Below, one piece after another: positions 37,531-52,160 of a DNA stretch of 64,000 nucleotides. The stretch's first letter is position 1. Each line of letters opens with the position of its first letter. Source of the DNA: Octopus bimaculoides (Eukaryota); assembly GCF_001194135.2 (NCBI RefSeq), contig NC_068994.1, forward strand, positions 37,554,549 through 37,618,548. The letters run 5' to 3'. The notes beneath the pieces were generated by a model, which worked only from the letters and a program-made list of their open reading frames with translations, was not told the DNA's origin and searched no databases. The position numbers were made by a program, and so were the translations under genes.

Positions 37531-38449
37531 ATACTGATTGTACAGCCCACATTATTTATTTATTTACGTTTTGTAATTTTTTTTTTCAAATATTTTTATA
37601 TTTTGAAATATAAATCTACTTTATCAGACAATAAGAACTTATAAGCTTTTAGTGATATCCAAATAGGTTCTAACCTCGGGCTAGGCATCACTGATTCTGC
37701 AGAATAGCTTTATAGAATTTCAACTTCATCTTATTCACAGACATTGAACATATGAATAAAGAGAAATATTTAGGATTGAACTCATTTTTTTTTCACTTTA
37801 GAATATGAGACATTTACTGGATGGCAATAATTATTAACTATTGTAGCAAACATGGAACAATACAGTCAAGTTTTTTATTCCATTATTTACTGTAGTGTAC
37901 CTATATTCATTCATTCATTCATTCATTCATTCATTCTTTCATTCTTTCTTACTTTCTTTCTTTCTTTTATTAATTTTAGTTCATTGGACTGTGGTTTTGC
38001 TGAGGCACCAACATTGAGGGTTTTGAGCTGATTATAATGACCTCAGTAGTATATCTGGTACTTATTTCATCATTCCTCCTGTAGGATACTAAATGCAAAA
38101 GAGAACATTGATATCAGGTGAGAGATATTTCAGTTGAACACTAATATTGCAAGGTGCATTTTTGCCTGAATGCATTGGTTCTCATCCTAAGATGACTTCA
38201 GCACACAAATGTACAAATACAGAGAGAGAGAAGGGGAGAGAGAGAGAGTTGGGGAGAGAGAGAGACAATGAAGAAACCATTAACTACATCAGTATATTTA
38301 CTGAATTAATTGTTACATCAATATAAAGTTACCAGTGATATGTAATTTCAATATCAAGCTATTTGCGGGTCAGCAACTCATGCTTTGAGTTTTGAGAAAA
38401 GAACAAGAAACCACCAATTTGTATATTCATCCCTCTATATTCTTTTCTA

Positions 38450-38637
38450 GGCCCAAAATTTTTGGCAAGTGAGGTCAGTTTATTTGATCAACCCCAGTAT
38501 GCAACTGGTACTTAATTTGCCAATGCCAAAAGTGAAAGTCGACCTCGGCAGAATTTGAACTCAGAACGTAAAGACAGATGAAATACCACTGAGCATTTCG
38601 TCCAGCATGCTAACGTTTCTGCCAGCTTGCCACCTTC
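38450..38637 (-). mobile_element. SINE family B
   Basis: GTCGACCTCGGCAGAATTTGAACTCAGAACG...AACGTTTCTGCCAGCTTGCCACC. Confidence 0.85.
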
Positions 38638-38908
38638 CTGAATCTCTATATTGAAGATAAAGTCTTAAGTGCTACCTCATTACAATATTGAGCTTAATTC
38701 TCCCTCCTGAGACTCATCTTCTTCTTTGTGGTTCAAATTCATTTTCTTAAGCCTAATTCCTTTTACTGAGGGAGAAATGAGAAACAATCCCTCAATCTAT
38801 CCACCATTGAATTGCTATATTAAATAAAATATCTTTATCAACACCTTAATAAACACTGCAAATGTGTTTCAGAACATTCCTATACTGTGACCTATTAGAT
38901 GTTAAATA

Positions 38909-39127
38909 CAAGGTGGGTCAAAATCATGTGCCAAAACATTTGACATTTTACTTATATTATGTTATTGTTATTATTATTATTATTCATTTTCTTCATCATG
39001 TACAAGTCAGTATGCATTCATCATTATTTTATTTATACTATTCACTTTCTTTAAAAAATTTGAAGCCTGTCTTTGACAATTCTGTAACTTTTTGAACTTA
39101 TTTTGTGCACGATTTTTACCCACCTTG
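38909..39127. mobile_element. Tc1/mariner-type MITE
   Basis: TA flanks. TIR CAAGGTGGGTCAAAATCATGTGCCAAAA versus reverse complement CAAGGTGGGTAAAAATCGTGCACAAAA. Confidence 0.85.
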
Positions 39128-40559
39128 TATAATACAGTACAATACATATGGGACTTTAAATATTTTATATGAATGTGCTCTTTGGCATCACATTATACCA
39201 CAGTTATCATCATTGTAGTTATTGTTGCTGTTTAACCCTTGGTCAGTTCTCATCGAGCTGATTTAAAAAGATAGATGTTCTGGCTAAAACCACCTTGTCT
39301 TTTATTTTACCCAATATAATGTAACTAGGACTGTATTATCTAGCATCTTCTTTCATTCTTAAGGCAATAAGGTTGGATGTGAGGGATATTGATAGCTATT
39401 TTTGGCAGGGCAAACTATCATAAAGATGTTCCTTCTCAAAGAAGCTTGTTTTACCAAAGTGTATTTATCAGTAACACTCACTGCATACCCCTATTTCTAT
39501 CCATCAGCCACTCTCCTTCTACACTCTCATAAGCTTCCACACTCTCCACACACTCATTAACAAACTTACCTACCCATGAACCCTACTCAGTCCTCTCTTA
39601 TATCCCCCTTTCTGTAACGTAAAGGCACATCCTGACACATCTTTACCACCATTTTATCTCTTTTCCAACTGAGGCAATCATCTATTTCCTCTACAGCAAG
39701 AGATCTGTTGCTGTCCTTCTACTATATTTTAATCTCTCATCATCTGGCCTGAAGCCACTACCTGTACTAAGCCCCACCCTCATTTGAGAGGTCTTGTCAT
39801 GCAAGTTACTTCATAACCTCACTGGTGCTGGTGCTGTATAAAAAAGCATCCACTGCACTCTGTAAAGTGGTTTGCACCAGAAAGGGCATCCAGCCATAGA
39901 AAGTAGACATTGGAGCTTGATGTAGTCTTCTGGCTTGTCAGCTCCTGTTAAACTTTCCAACCCATGCCAATATGGAAAACGGATGTTAATAATAATGATG
40001 ATGACAATGACAACGACGATAATGATGATGATGATGATGATGACGACAGTGATGATGATGATCACAATGACAACGACGACAGCAATGATACCAATATTAG
40101 TATCTTGTATATCTAGAATATATATATATATGATGGCAGATGAACTTTGAGCAAGCATAATTCACATTCTGCTTCTAATTCCATCTTGTAAGTTATTTCC
40201 CTTCATTTGCATAATTAATATTCAGCAAGGAGCAGGCAGAAAGTACAATTGTTACAACTTCACTTTTCTTCTTCACTGAATTTTTGTCAATAAGGTTACT
40301 CTTGCCACACTGGATATCGATGATCACAAATAATCATACATTTGACCTTTTACTATTAAGTTTACTTGGGTGAGAAATAAATAGTATTTCATCTGTAAAT
40401 TCTTCATTACCAAGGTATGTTGTATATCTAATCACTTCATACCCAAAGTATTGCATTTGTAATTACTCTCTATGTTGGCATCGGTGCCAGTAATCATTTT
40501 ATACTATGGTAATCCATAATCTTTGTGTGAAATCAAACAGTATATTGTGTTTGTTAATT

Positions 40560-40720
40560 CTCTCCTGCAACCAGTTTCATAATGATCTTCCCCCTGTCTC
40601 ACTAATTATTGGTTCAATTACCTTCAGATTTTCTGTTGTTTCCTCTTTCAAGTACATTGGTTTTGACTTTAATAATGACATTAATACATCAATCATTAGG
40701 GATTACTCCATCTCACACAA
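40560..40720 (+). mobile_element. Possible highly decayed LINE RT fragment
   Basis: Only the peptide VVSSFKYIGFDFNND resembles the RT 'V..FKYLG' motif. Confidence 0.25.
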
Positions 40721-41279
40721 TCTAGTTAGTTAGGTATGTGGCTAATTATCTTTCCCCCTCTCTTTCTCTCACTTTTCCATCTCGCCCCCGTCACCATCAT
40801 ACCATCTAACCCAGATGTCTTCGCTTGTAGTGTGACATTATCAGAACACTGAATTCACTCATTCCCCTATCACATCTCTACATGACACTTTCACCTGGAT
40901 TACCAGCTCATCAACTGTCTCATTTACAGATAAACCTTCCCTGCTTGTTCTGACACTGAAACTTCTTACTAATGAGTTGGCCACATTAACAATTCCAAGG
41001 CATCGTTTTCCTCAATATCACTAATTGTCAATGGCTAGAACAATTCTATTACTCTTACCTCTCTTAATTTCCTTTCCTAGTCATAAATATTTCCTGTCTT
41101 TCATAATTAACTTTATACATTATCAAATTTCAGCAGATTTCCCCCTTCTTCTTTCAATATATTTCAATTAAAACTCATACGTAACTTTTGCATATATTTA
41201 TTTATTTACTTAGTTATTTATTTATTTATGTATTTATTTATTTATTTATTTATCAATCTATTTATTTTGCTTGCAGATT

Positions 41280-41660
41280 GGTGAGGAGGAAGAAATAATG
41301 GCTGTACTGTGTTAGTGGACCTGTAAAACCGGTGAGCTTGATATAAGTGATGTTCCTCTTGAACTGAACTGATGCTCAACAAAACATGGGCAGGAAGAGA
41401 ATACCAGGGTGTTAATGTACTGTGAAGGAACGATTAAGTTAGGAAATAGTGCAGTGCCATACAATATGCATGACAGCAAGAAAAGGAGTGGGAAGGGGAA
41501 TCAGGAGTGCTTGAGTGGAAGTGACACAACACCAGCTATCTCCAAGGAGGAGAGGCTAGCACTGTAGTAGCAATAGAAGAGGCAGAGTCTGGAGAAAGGA
41601 CATCTCTGAGTCAGAAGTTGGAATATGTTTGCAAATGACTTCATGCCAGTCAGAAAGGTG
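41280..41660 (-). mobile_element. Possible decayed CR1/Jockey-group LINE 3' end
   Basis: Minus strand reads STN(+1)QYSHYFFLLT, resembling RTN.YS.SFFPRT. Little else is recognisable. Confidence 0.3.
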
Positions 41661-43118
41661 ACTTTTTCTTTTTTTATTATTATACTCCTTATTTTTCATT
41701 TTTTACTTTTTTCAGTCATTGGGATATGGCCATACTGGGGTACTGCCTTGAAGAGTTTTGTAGAACAGTGTTAATTTTTATTCGTTTAAGTTTGATATTT
41801 TATCTGTCTTTTATGGCTGGGCTGCTAAGATACAGCGGCAGGAATGCAAACTAACCAACATTAGTTGTCAACTGGTGATGAGAAGTAAACAAAAACACAA
41901 AGACACTCATACATGTATACATATGTGCATGCATACATACATATATACATGCATACATATATATACACACACATACACACATGCATACACACACATATGC
42001 ATACATACACACTCACATGCACACACACACACACACACACATTCACACATGTATACGACAGGCTTGTATGCAGTTTCCATCTACCAAACACATTCACAAG
42101 ACACTGGTCTGTCTGGAGTTAGAGTAGAAGAAACTTGCTCAAGGTACCACATTGTGGGACTGAACCTGAAATTAAGTGATTGGAAAGCAAGCTTCTTAAT
42201 CAAGTAGCCATTGGCTAAAAATAAAAGAAACAATCAACGATAAATTTGGTCTGAATTTGACAAATTAGCCGAGTCATTAACGCATTGGATAGAATGTCTT
42301 GGGCTATTTGCTCTGATTCTCTGCACTCTGAGTTCAAATTCCACCTATGTTAACATTACATTTCATCATTTCAGTGTCAGTAAAAATACTACCGATTCAG
42401 GATAGTGAAATGATGGAACTGTTAAAGCCTTCTGTGCTTTGACAGCAATGCTGCAATGACCCTGGTTTCAAGTTGTACCAGCTGAAATCAGTAGTGTTTC
42501 CTTTGAATATAAATGATTAGTGTGGAGAGAGAAGATTTGCATGCATGGAGAATTACCAGACTTCTTGAAAAAAATCTGATTCAAGCCAATGTGTACATGT
42601 CCAAATGATGTGTCCTCCTAGTCTGACAGAAAACCTTCTGACATAGATGAGTTTTAAACTTATTGCAAAATTTTAATAATTTCATTCAACATAACTAACG
42701 TCTAGTTTGCTTTCAGAATGAAATATCAGTTTGACACATACTTATAAATATTTTTGTTATTGTAGTTGTTGTAAAGGTCTTGTGCCTTTAGTAGAAAGGA
42801 TTATTATTGCTGCTGTTGTTGTTTGACCCTAGGTGAGCCTGGTTTGAGTAAAACTATGATCAAAGGTGTTCCAGACATGATCAACCTATCTTTTTGGTGG
42901 TAGTGAGACTAAATAATGTATTGTCTTCTTTTTCATTATTTTAGACAGCAAGGTGTGATTTATTGAGATTTGTTTGATATAGGTGCAAGCATGGCTGTGT
43001 GGTTAAGAAGTTCAATTTGCATTCGCTGGGCTTTGGTTCAATTCCACTGTGCAGCACCTTGGGTGTGTACCTACACTAGAGGCAAGCCAATGCCTTCTGA
43101 TTGAAATGTATAATATGA

Positions 43119-43163
<45 letters not shown>

Positions 43164-44769
43164 CCGTGTGTGCTTTTGTGGTTGTCTTTTTCTGCTTGAG
43201 GAATAGTGTTACTTTGTTTATATCTCTGAAACTACATTTCAGCAGAACAAAAAAAAAAAAAAAAAAAAAAAAAAACAAAAAACCCAGAGATAAGCACGGG
43301 TGTGGTTGACTGATAAGAAGTTTCTGTGCATGTGCATGCTTGAGTCTCTGTTTGTTCCTCACCACTGCTTGATAAATGATGTAAGTGCATTTACATCCCT
43401 ATAACTTAGCGGTTCAGCAAAAGAAACCGATAGAATAAGTACCAAGCATAAAAAAAAAAAGTACTGGAGTTGATTTCACTGACTAAACCCTTTGAAGTAG
43501 TGCCCCAGCAACGAAAGAAATCTGGAAAAGGGTAAAAGTAATATTTCTAATGGAGTGAACAATGACCCCTATAGATGGCCCTTTTGTTTACTCCCTACAT
43601 TATATCAGATAAAACTACTACATTAGTAACTTATTAGTTCAAGGTAGAAGAATTTCACTCAAGTAGGTTGTAACCTACTTTACATCATCAAGCTGCTTCT
43701 TCACAGATTATGAAATAGATTTTCTGCAAATACAGAAGAGAAAAAAACCCCCAAAAACACCAATGGCAAAATGCCTCTCAACTCCAAGCCATTTGTAGTT
43801 TTTACTTTGACTCTCTCTATATATATTTAAGTACTGTGTATCAATAAACTATAGTTTCCCCTTTCATAATACTAAAACATCATTGTCATATTCCAATCAA
43901 TGTTAACTGTTTTTGAAGTAGCAATCGAAGACTATAAATTTGCTTTTATCTGTTTGCTAAAATTTTGATATTATGTATGGTAAACATTATAATGAACTTT
44001 CTGTGTATCTATTAGTGATCACCACCACCACCACTATCATCATTGTTTAATGTCTACTTTCCCATGCTGGCATCGATCAGGTGGAATTTCTTGAGACAGA
44101 TTTTTTACAGCCGGATGCCCTACCTGTGGCTAACCTTTACCTGTTTTCAAGCAAAGTAACATTTCCCCATGGCCATACATGTTTCACATGAAAGATTGTA
44201 AATGAACATCACTTCTACGATGGAGATGCTCATGGTGGTGGTGGTGGTGGTGGTGGTGGTGGTGGTGGTGTTGGTGTCAGTGATGGTGGTGGTATTGTTG
44301 GTTGTGGTAGTGGTTGTTATAACCTATGCTATGGATAAAATTTACCACCCCAACAGAAGCACCTGTAGGGCTGAAGAGGTTGTTTGATCCAAGCTATGCT
44401 TTTGTCGGGGCAGCACTTTGGGGTTTACTGTATAAACCCATACCAAGGGGACACACTGCAAAGTCAAGAGCTGTGCCTGGGTGGCACATTTGAGTTATGT
44501 CACTGACTTCAGGTATGGCATTTCTGATGGGAATCCACACAGATTCTGTCTACCAAACTTCATTGGAAATGATTTGGTTTACCTAAGGGTTATGACAGAA
44601 AGCACTTGCCTAAGGTGCTACAAAGCAGCATCAAATCTGAAATCAAATAGGTAGGTGACAAATAAAAATTTCCTAACCAAAACAGCCATGTAAACACTTA
44701 AGGAGAAATATGATTCATATCAGCAAGTATTTACTTTAACGACCATAAAACTGTAACTAATGCCAATAT

Positions 44770-44827
<58 letters not shown>

Positions 44828-46744
44828 NNNNNNNNNNNNNNNNNNNNNNNNNNNNNNNNNNNNNNNNNNNNNNNNNNNNNNNNNNNNNNNNNNNNNNNNN
44901 NNNNNNNNNNNNNNNNNNNNNNNNNNNNNNNNNNNNNNNNNNNNNNNNNNNNNNNNNNNNNNNNNNNNNNNNNNNATACATGTACATTTTCTTATTCATT
45001 TATTTATTTAAGATTTAGATAGTGATTTACCATACCCAGCCTCTACCTGTCTCATTCTCTGATTTATTAGATCTCATATCTACAGACAAAGACTGATATA
45101 GTATCAATAAATAAGATTGTTTTTGTTTTTCAAATGTCAGACAAGGTATTTCTTGATGGAGAAAATGATGTGAGAATATGACATTAATAGTGATATCAAT
45201 GATGATGATGATAGTGATGGTAGTGGTGATGATGATGGTGGTGGCAGTGGTGGAGATGGCGGTGGTAGTGGTAACAATAAACAATACTGTTGACAACGCC
45301 CTGGTGGTGTTGATGCCTTCTGCACAGTTTTTGTCAATACTAAAGTTTATCTCCCAAAGTGTTTGCTGACCCAAGTCTATGGAAGAAATCTCTTACCAAA
45401 AATACTGCATAGTGGGATAGAACCCAGAATGACCAGATCATTGAAGAGTGAGCTTTTTCACCACTGAGCCCATTCCTATATTTATGGGCCTATGGGGAGT
45501 ACGGAGAAATAACATTAGAAAAAAAAAAGATTTAATGACAAGAATGGTAATAATGATGACAATGGTGCCAGTACTGACAATGGTGCCGGTACTGCTACCA
45601 CTGCCACCACTGCCACCAATGCCACCACTGCCACCACTGCCACCACTGCCGCCACTGCCATCTCCAATGAAGATCGTGGGAAGGTGAAGGATGGGGGAAG
45701 AGGAGGAGTGGTAGGACAATATTCATGGATATTTGTGTTATGTGATGGAGACCATTGGTAGTTCTGTTCTTTGAGGCATTGGGAATGTATAGTAAAACTG
45801 ATCCTAACTGACATTGTATTTTTCTCCATCTCTCTCTCCCTCTCTCTTTCTCTTTCTTTCTCTTTGTCTCTCTCTGTGTCTATCTATCTATCTGTCTGTC
45901 TCTGTCTATCTATCTGTCTGTCTCTGTCTATCTATCTGTCTGTCTCTGTCTCTCTCTCTCAATTTCTCTATCTCTCTCTCTCAGGATTAACATTTAGAAT
46001 TCATTGAGGAACAGCTTAACCAGGATCTTTTATGGTTTAGTCATGTGTATAAGCTGAATAGGATGCCATTCTTAGGCATATATTCCCCTTCCTACATACA
46101 ATGTCTGTTCCTGAGATGATAGGGAATATTATTTTTATGCTGGAAGGCCCTGTTGAAGTTAACTGACATCTGACACAGCCACATTCAAGTTAAATGCCTC
46201 CTGACAACTGCCTTAAAAAAAATAGTTATATTACTAAATCTATTATTTCATATGATATAATTATAAGCACAGGCATGGCTTTGGGATTAAGAAGCTCACT
46301 TTGCAGCCATGTGGTTTTGGGTTCAGTCTCATTGCTCAGTACCTTGCCTTGTGAGTAAATCTGATAGAAGGAAACTCTGTCAAAGCCCATTATATGTGTG
46401 TGCTTTTGTGCTTGGGTTCGTTCCCCGTCACTGCTTGACAACAGGTGATGATTTGTTTACATTTCCATTACTTAACGGTTTGGCAAATGAAGCCAACAGA
46501 ACAAGTGTGAACCTTAAAAATTAGTACTTGGGCTGATAAGTATGGCTAAGCCTTTGAAGACAGTGCTCCAGCATGGTCACAGTCCAATAACTGAAATAAG
46601 TAAAACTAAGAAAATGTGAAAACAGGGCACATTTCCAGAATAAGCACATATAGAATCAAGGATGAAATTTTGGGACATTTTTTGGAAAAAAGTATTTGTT
46701 AAAGGCAATCGAATATGGTGCTTCTTTTTTATTTTACTCCTAGT

Positions 46745-47090
46745 GCAAAGAGGGTAAAGACCCTCACTCTCACGTTGGTCATGAATGACCATGGAATTGC
46801 ACCTAGAAAGTTCCACTCTGAGGCACAAGTCTGAGCAAAGTTGTGTATAGAAGATCAGCAGTCGCCCATCCATAACAACCTCCCCTCTCCATGTCACTGC
46901 CAATGTTATCCAAAGGAAAGGCAAAGGCTTGGCACCAGTGACCTCACAACTCATTTCTACAGATGATTGAACAGGAACAACATGAAATAAAGCGTCTTGC
47001 TCACGAACACAACACACAGCCCTGTCTGGGAATTGAACTCACTACCTCATGATTGTGAACCCAATACCTTAACCACTGAGCTATGTGTAA
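46745..47090 (-). mobile_element. SINE family D
   Basis: Reverse-complement match to 435-781 (CATGAATGACCATGGAATTGCACCTAGAAAG...ATGAAATAAAGCGTCTTGCTC). Confidence 0.85.
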
Positions 47091-48313
47091 AGTAATAACA
47101 TTTTTGGAAAACTGGCAGAATCATTAGCATGCTGGGCAAAATTCTTAGCAGAATATCATCTGTCTTTATGTTCTGAGTTCAAATTCTGCAAGGTTGACTT
47201 TGCCTATCATCCTTATGGAGTTGATAAAATAAGTACCAGTTGTGCACTGGGCTTGATGAAAATTGCTGGCCATGTGTCAAAATTTAAAACCAGTATTTTC
47301 CTTCAGAGATATTTTACTTTCCATTTCTTAATTGTTAAGTCACCACCACTGCTGCTAGTACCGAAATCAGAAGTAGCTTTCCAAAATATCCAGTATTTTA
47401 GTTTTAAGTTAATTACTTACAGGAACTTGAGAATTATTTTGTATGTAAACTTGAATAAATTTTAGAAAAGAAATTAAAAAAATTGTAACATAAGGAAAAG
47501 ATACACATTAAGATTTAAATAAGAAGACATTTTTAAGAATCTTCTGGCTATATGTTTTTTGTTAACATAGAAAAGGGAAGAAAAAAAAACATGGATAAAT
47601 CAAGAATATTATCAATGTTTGTTGAATATTTATATAAGTATATGTATGTGTGTGTATGTACAAGATTTTATGACATAAACGATGTAAAGGCATGTTAGAC
47701 ACACCCCAATTTCAGCGGTGAATGTTCAGGAATTAGAGGAATTAGTTTTTAGTGCATTAAAGCATGTAATATAGGCCTAACTTCACATGTAGGACCGGGG
47801 GTGATCTTTTGAGACATTTTTCCTAGGAAGAGTGCATCTTACAATGCACTTTTCATATATGCTATCAGTGAGCAGCAAGAGAAATAAAAATGATATAGTT
47901 GGTGGGGGTGAGGATAAGTACAAGAGAGATATGATATGGCTGCATGGTCTGTGGAACCAGTGGGGAGGAGAAGAGGCTAGCGTATACATTAAAATTTATT
48001 ATTTACATTATTTACATTTAATGGATATTAAAATTCATTCTAGAATAATCCAAGGAAATATTATTTTTCACCAGCTATATGAATCTTACAACTCTTGATT
48101 TGTAACTAGTTTGATAAATGCCAACATATAAATCTTCCAGCCTTTGAGTCATCCTCTTGCTTCTGCTAAATACTGATTTCAAATTTTAGTACATCGACTC
48201 CTACTGATCAACTGGTACTTATTTTATTGACCCCAAAAGAATGAAAAGTTGACCTCACAATATTTTGTGTTCTATTTTGCTGTTTACATCACCATACATG
48301 TGTGTGTGCGTGC

Positions 48314-48354
<41 letters not shown>

Positions 48355-48593
48355 CAGGGGTGACCAAAAGTCACCTGACAGTAAATCAAGACTATTCAAT
48401 TCCAAGATTAAAACAAAAACTTATTTTATATGAGACTTCGCTAATAAATAGACAAATGCTGACAAAAGAACGGTGATATTAACTCACAACATTCAATTAT
48501 TAAACATTCATAATTGGAATGAATAAATAAAATTGAATATTAAGTATTTATGGAATTTTTGATTAACTGTCAGGGGACTTTTGACCAGACTTG
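48355..48593. mobile_element. Tc1/mariner-type MITE
   Basis: TA flanks. TIR CAGGGGTGACCAAAAGTCACCTGACAGTAAATCAA versus reverse complement CAAGTCTGGTCAAAAGTCCCCTGACAGTTAATCAA. Confidence 0.8.
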
Positions 48594-48991
48594 TATATAT
48601 CTATTATTTACATATATTTCATGTAAGCATAGTAGACAGAAACTGTGTGGAGGCCTAGTTATACATGTATGTGTGTGTCTTTGTTCACTCACACTGCTTG
48701 ACAATATATATATTTCATGCAAGCATAGATAGGTCAAGGCATGGCTGTGCAGTTATGAAGTTCACATTGAAACCACATGGTTGGAAATTTAGTTTGCTCT
48801 GTGGATGTTGTTGGCTGGTGTCTTCTGCTATAGCCATGGATTAACTAATACTTTGAAAGCTGTAAGTGAAAGAGGTAGATAAAATCTAAAAGAACTCCAT
48901 TATGTGTGTAAGTATGTATGCATGTATATATGTATATATGTATGCATCTATGTATTTATGCATGTATGCATGTATGTGTGTTTGCATATAT

Positions 48992-49393
48992 ACTCTTTTA
49001 CGCTTTTACTTGTTTCAGTCATTTGACTGCGGCCATGCTGGAGCATTGCCTTTCGTTGAGCAAATCGACCCCAGGACTTATTCTTTGTAAGCCTAGTACT
49101 TATGCTATCGGTCTCTTTTGCCAAACCGCTAAGTTACGAGGACGTAAACACACCAGCATCGGTTGTCAAGTGATGTTGGGTGGACAAACACAGACACACA
49201 AACACACATATATATATACATATACATATATACGATGGGCTTCTTTCAGTTTCCATCTACCAAATCCACTCACAAGGCTTTGGTTGGCCCGAGGCTATAG
49301 TAGAAGACATTCGCCCAAGATGTCATGCAGTGGGACTGAACCCGGAACCATGTGGTTCGTAAGCAAACTACTTACCACACAGCCACTCCTGTG
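48992..49393 (-). mobile_element. Young SINE family A
   Basis: Near-consensus sequence. ORF 48918-49520 is a read-through of it. Confidence 0.9.
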
Positions 49394-49424
49394 CTTATAT
49401 GCACATAATTATATATGTATGTAT

Positions 49425-49720
49425 GAGGGTTCATGGCCTTGTGGTTACAGAATTGCACTAATAATTGTGAGATTGTGGGTTCAATTCCAGGACTTGGTGG
49501 TGCATTATGTTCTTGAGTAAAACACTTCATTTCATGTTGTTCTGCGACCGCTTCAACATTTGTCGTATGGCACTCCATGCATCTGTTCAGGCAATGTCAA
49601 TTTGACGGAGGGAGTAATCTCATGTACAGCACATGCATTTGATCACTAAAAACAAATCATTTGTGCAGGTCATTCAGCAAGAAATAGTAGAACCATCTTT
49701 CTTGACAACGAGAGACTACA
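49425..49720 (+). mobile_element. SINE with D/E-type head and centre and a third tail type
   Basis: GGGTTCAATTCCAGG...GTTCTTGAGTAAAACACTTCATTTCATGTTG, followed by sequence unlike the D or E tails. Confidence 0.5.
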
Positions 49721-50079
49721 ACCATGTGTGTGTGTGCATGTGTGTGTGTGTGTGTGTGTATGTGTGTGTGTGTGTGTGCATGCATGTATGTATGCATGTA
49801 TGTATGTATATATGCATGTATGTATGTATGTGTGCATGCATTATGTATGTATACAGCATGTATGTATGTATGCATTCATGCATACATGCATGCATGTATG
49901 TGTGTACATATGTATGTATGTGTGTATGTATGTGTGTATGTATGTGTGTACGTATGTATGATGTGTGTGTGTATGTATGTATGTATGTGTATATTTATGT
50001 AGGTATCTATATATATATATTTACGTGTATGTATGTNNNNNNNNNNNNNNNNNNNNNNNNNNNNNNNNNNNNNNNNNNN

Positions 50080-50149
<70 letters not shown>

Positions 50150-50952
50150 TATGTTCGTATGTATGTTTCTATGTATGTGTGATTGTATGCATGACTGAGT
50201 GCACATTCCTTCTCATCTTGACATGTGGATGCTGATTGCAAAGAAAAGCTTCACCGTTCATAGCAACAGTGTTTTGTTCACTTGCAGTCCTCCTTGAAAG
50301 CATGTCAGGGCTGTTCATTGTTTGATAAACTGCAGGTTTATTACCTTGCTTGAAAGCAAGCAAGGGCTAGCATCAGTAAGAGCATTCAAGCATAGAAAAC
50401 TCTACCTCAACAAAGCGTCATTTTATCCATGCAAGCATGGAAATGTAGATGTTATGATGATGATAGAAATGACGACGATAATGACGATGACAATGATGAT
50501 GACGACGATGATGATGATGATGATGATGATGATAATGGTATATGTTTGCACCTATTCATGTCCATATAGTATAATGGTAGATGGAATTTCCCGCATCATT
50601 AATCCAAATTTCTTATTTCTGATCTTCAAACAATTATAGAAAGAATGGAACTTAAGACAGTTTCTAATGGACATATAGAAAAGATGTTTGAATATCACAA
50701 AAATGTATTATGTGAATGAATGAAATTAAACAAAAGAATTTAGATTTCTAATCCTAAATCCATGTTTATTACCCCCCAAAAAATCAAATCTGATTTCAGA
50801 ATCAAATGGTTCATTTTCAGACATATTTTACCATAGAAGCACAAGTGCTTCCACTCAAATCTGCATTGTAAATTGTATTTAAGTTAGAAATTATACACCT
50901 TATGATGACTTGTGTGGCTTAAATGAAAGGACCAAGATGTTGGGACCTTCTT

Positions 50953-51346
50953 CTTTTTTACTTGTTTCAGTCATTTGACTGTGACCATGCAGGAGCACCG
51001 CCTTTAGTCGAGCAAATCGACCCCAGAACTTATTCTGTGTAAGCCTAGTACTTATTCTATTGGTCTCTTTTGCTGAACCGTTAAGTTACAGGGACGTAAA
51101 CACACTAGCATCGGTTGTCAAGTGATGTTAGCGGGGACAAACATGGACACACAAACACAAACGATATATATATATATACATATACGACAGGCTTCTTCCA
51201 GTTTCAATCTACCAAATCCACTCTCAAGACTTTGGTTGGCCCGAGGCTATCATAGAAGACATTTGCCCAAGATGCCACGCAGTGGAACTGAACCCATGAC
51301 CATGTGGTTGGTAAGCAAGCTACTTACCACACAGCAACTCGTGCAC
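50953..51346 (-). mobile_element. SINE family A, full length
   Basis: Reverse-strand tail, core and head motifs. Confidence 0.9.
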
Positions 51347-51349
51347 CTT

Positions 51350-51625
51350 ATAAGTATAATTCAAATTTTTCTGAATAGCAGCAGCAGAATCAAAGATTTT
51401 AGCTTAGTACTCAAAAGGGAAGAGAACAACATTCTACAGCCCAGTAGTAAACTCTTCAAGAAGTACTCACTTCCTGATGAACTTGCAAGTGATGAAAGAA
51501 TTGCTGAACTAGGTAACCTAAGTACCCAACAAAAACTTAGTAGGGAGAGGCTCTGCGCGCCAAAGAAGGTTATGCATGGGTATGTCTCCAGTAAACTTGA
51601 GGATGATACTAACATTATTATGAAA
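51350..51625 (+). mobile_element. Internal fragment of the R4/Dong-like family
   Basis: KKVMHGYVSSKLEDDTNI aligns with QKTMYGYVSRKLRDDSNI at the start of ORF 5780-6121. Confidence 0.7.
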
Positions 51626-52101
51626 TGTGACCTCTCGGAATCATGGGTGTTTGTAACAGTATATCTTATTTCTAGACTACAGCTTTTTTACTAAGTTTAT
51701 ATTTACAAACATATACCTGAAATTATTGCGTTACTTTACTGTGATAGTAATTATATAAAACCTCAAAAAGCTAGAATTTTCAGATATAGAAAGTGGCCAG
51801 CTAGTATGTACTTTGAAATTACAATCTGAAGTAGAATAATAAGGATATGCAAGACTTTTTTAAAGTTCAACACATATTAAATTCTACTAATGACTCTTTT
51901 TTCCTTTTTGTCAGAAGATAGCTCTTGTCTTATAGCAAGAATTCAAATAATTAAAACAGAAAGTTAACGTACATGCATAAATACATAATTAATTAAATAA
52001 ATAAATTGACACACAGACACACTCACCAAACACCCATCTACACACAAACACACATAAAATTAAACACCCTTGTATTCCTCTTGTTATTTAATCTGTGTGT
52101 A

Positions 52102-52160
<59 letters not shown>

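Noticed and set aside
41277-41331. Exon-like segment TTGCAG|ATTG...CCG|GTGAGC, including a possible in-frame TGA (Sec) reading
   Set aside because: Stops in all three frames, no selenoprotein-like motif or SECIS recognised, and the opposite strand resembles a decayed LINE.
48918-49520. 200-aa ORF (also 485-790, 46577-47017, 51122-51340, 34192-34557)
   Set aside because: Read-through of SINE copies; the same peptide recurs wherever the SINE occurs.
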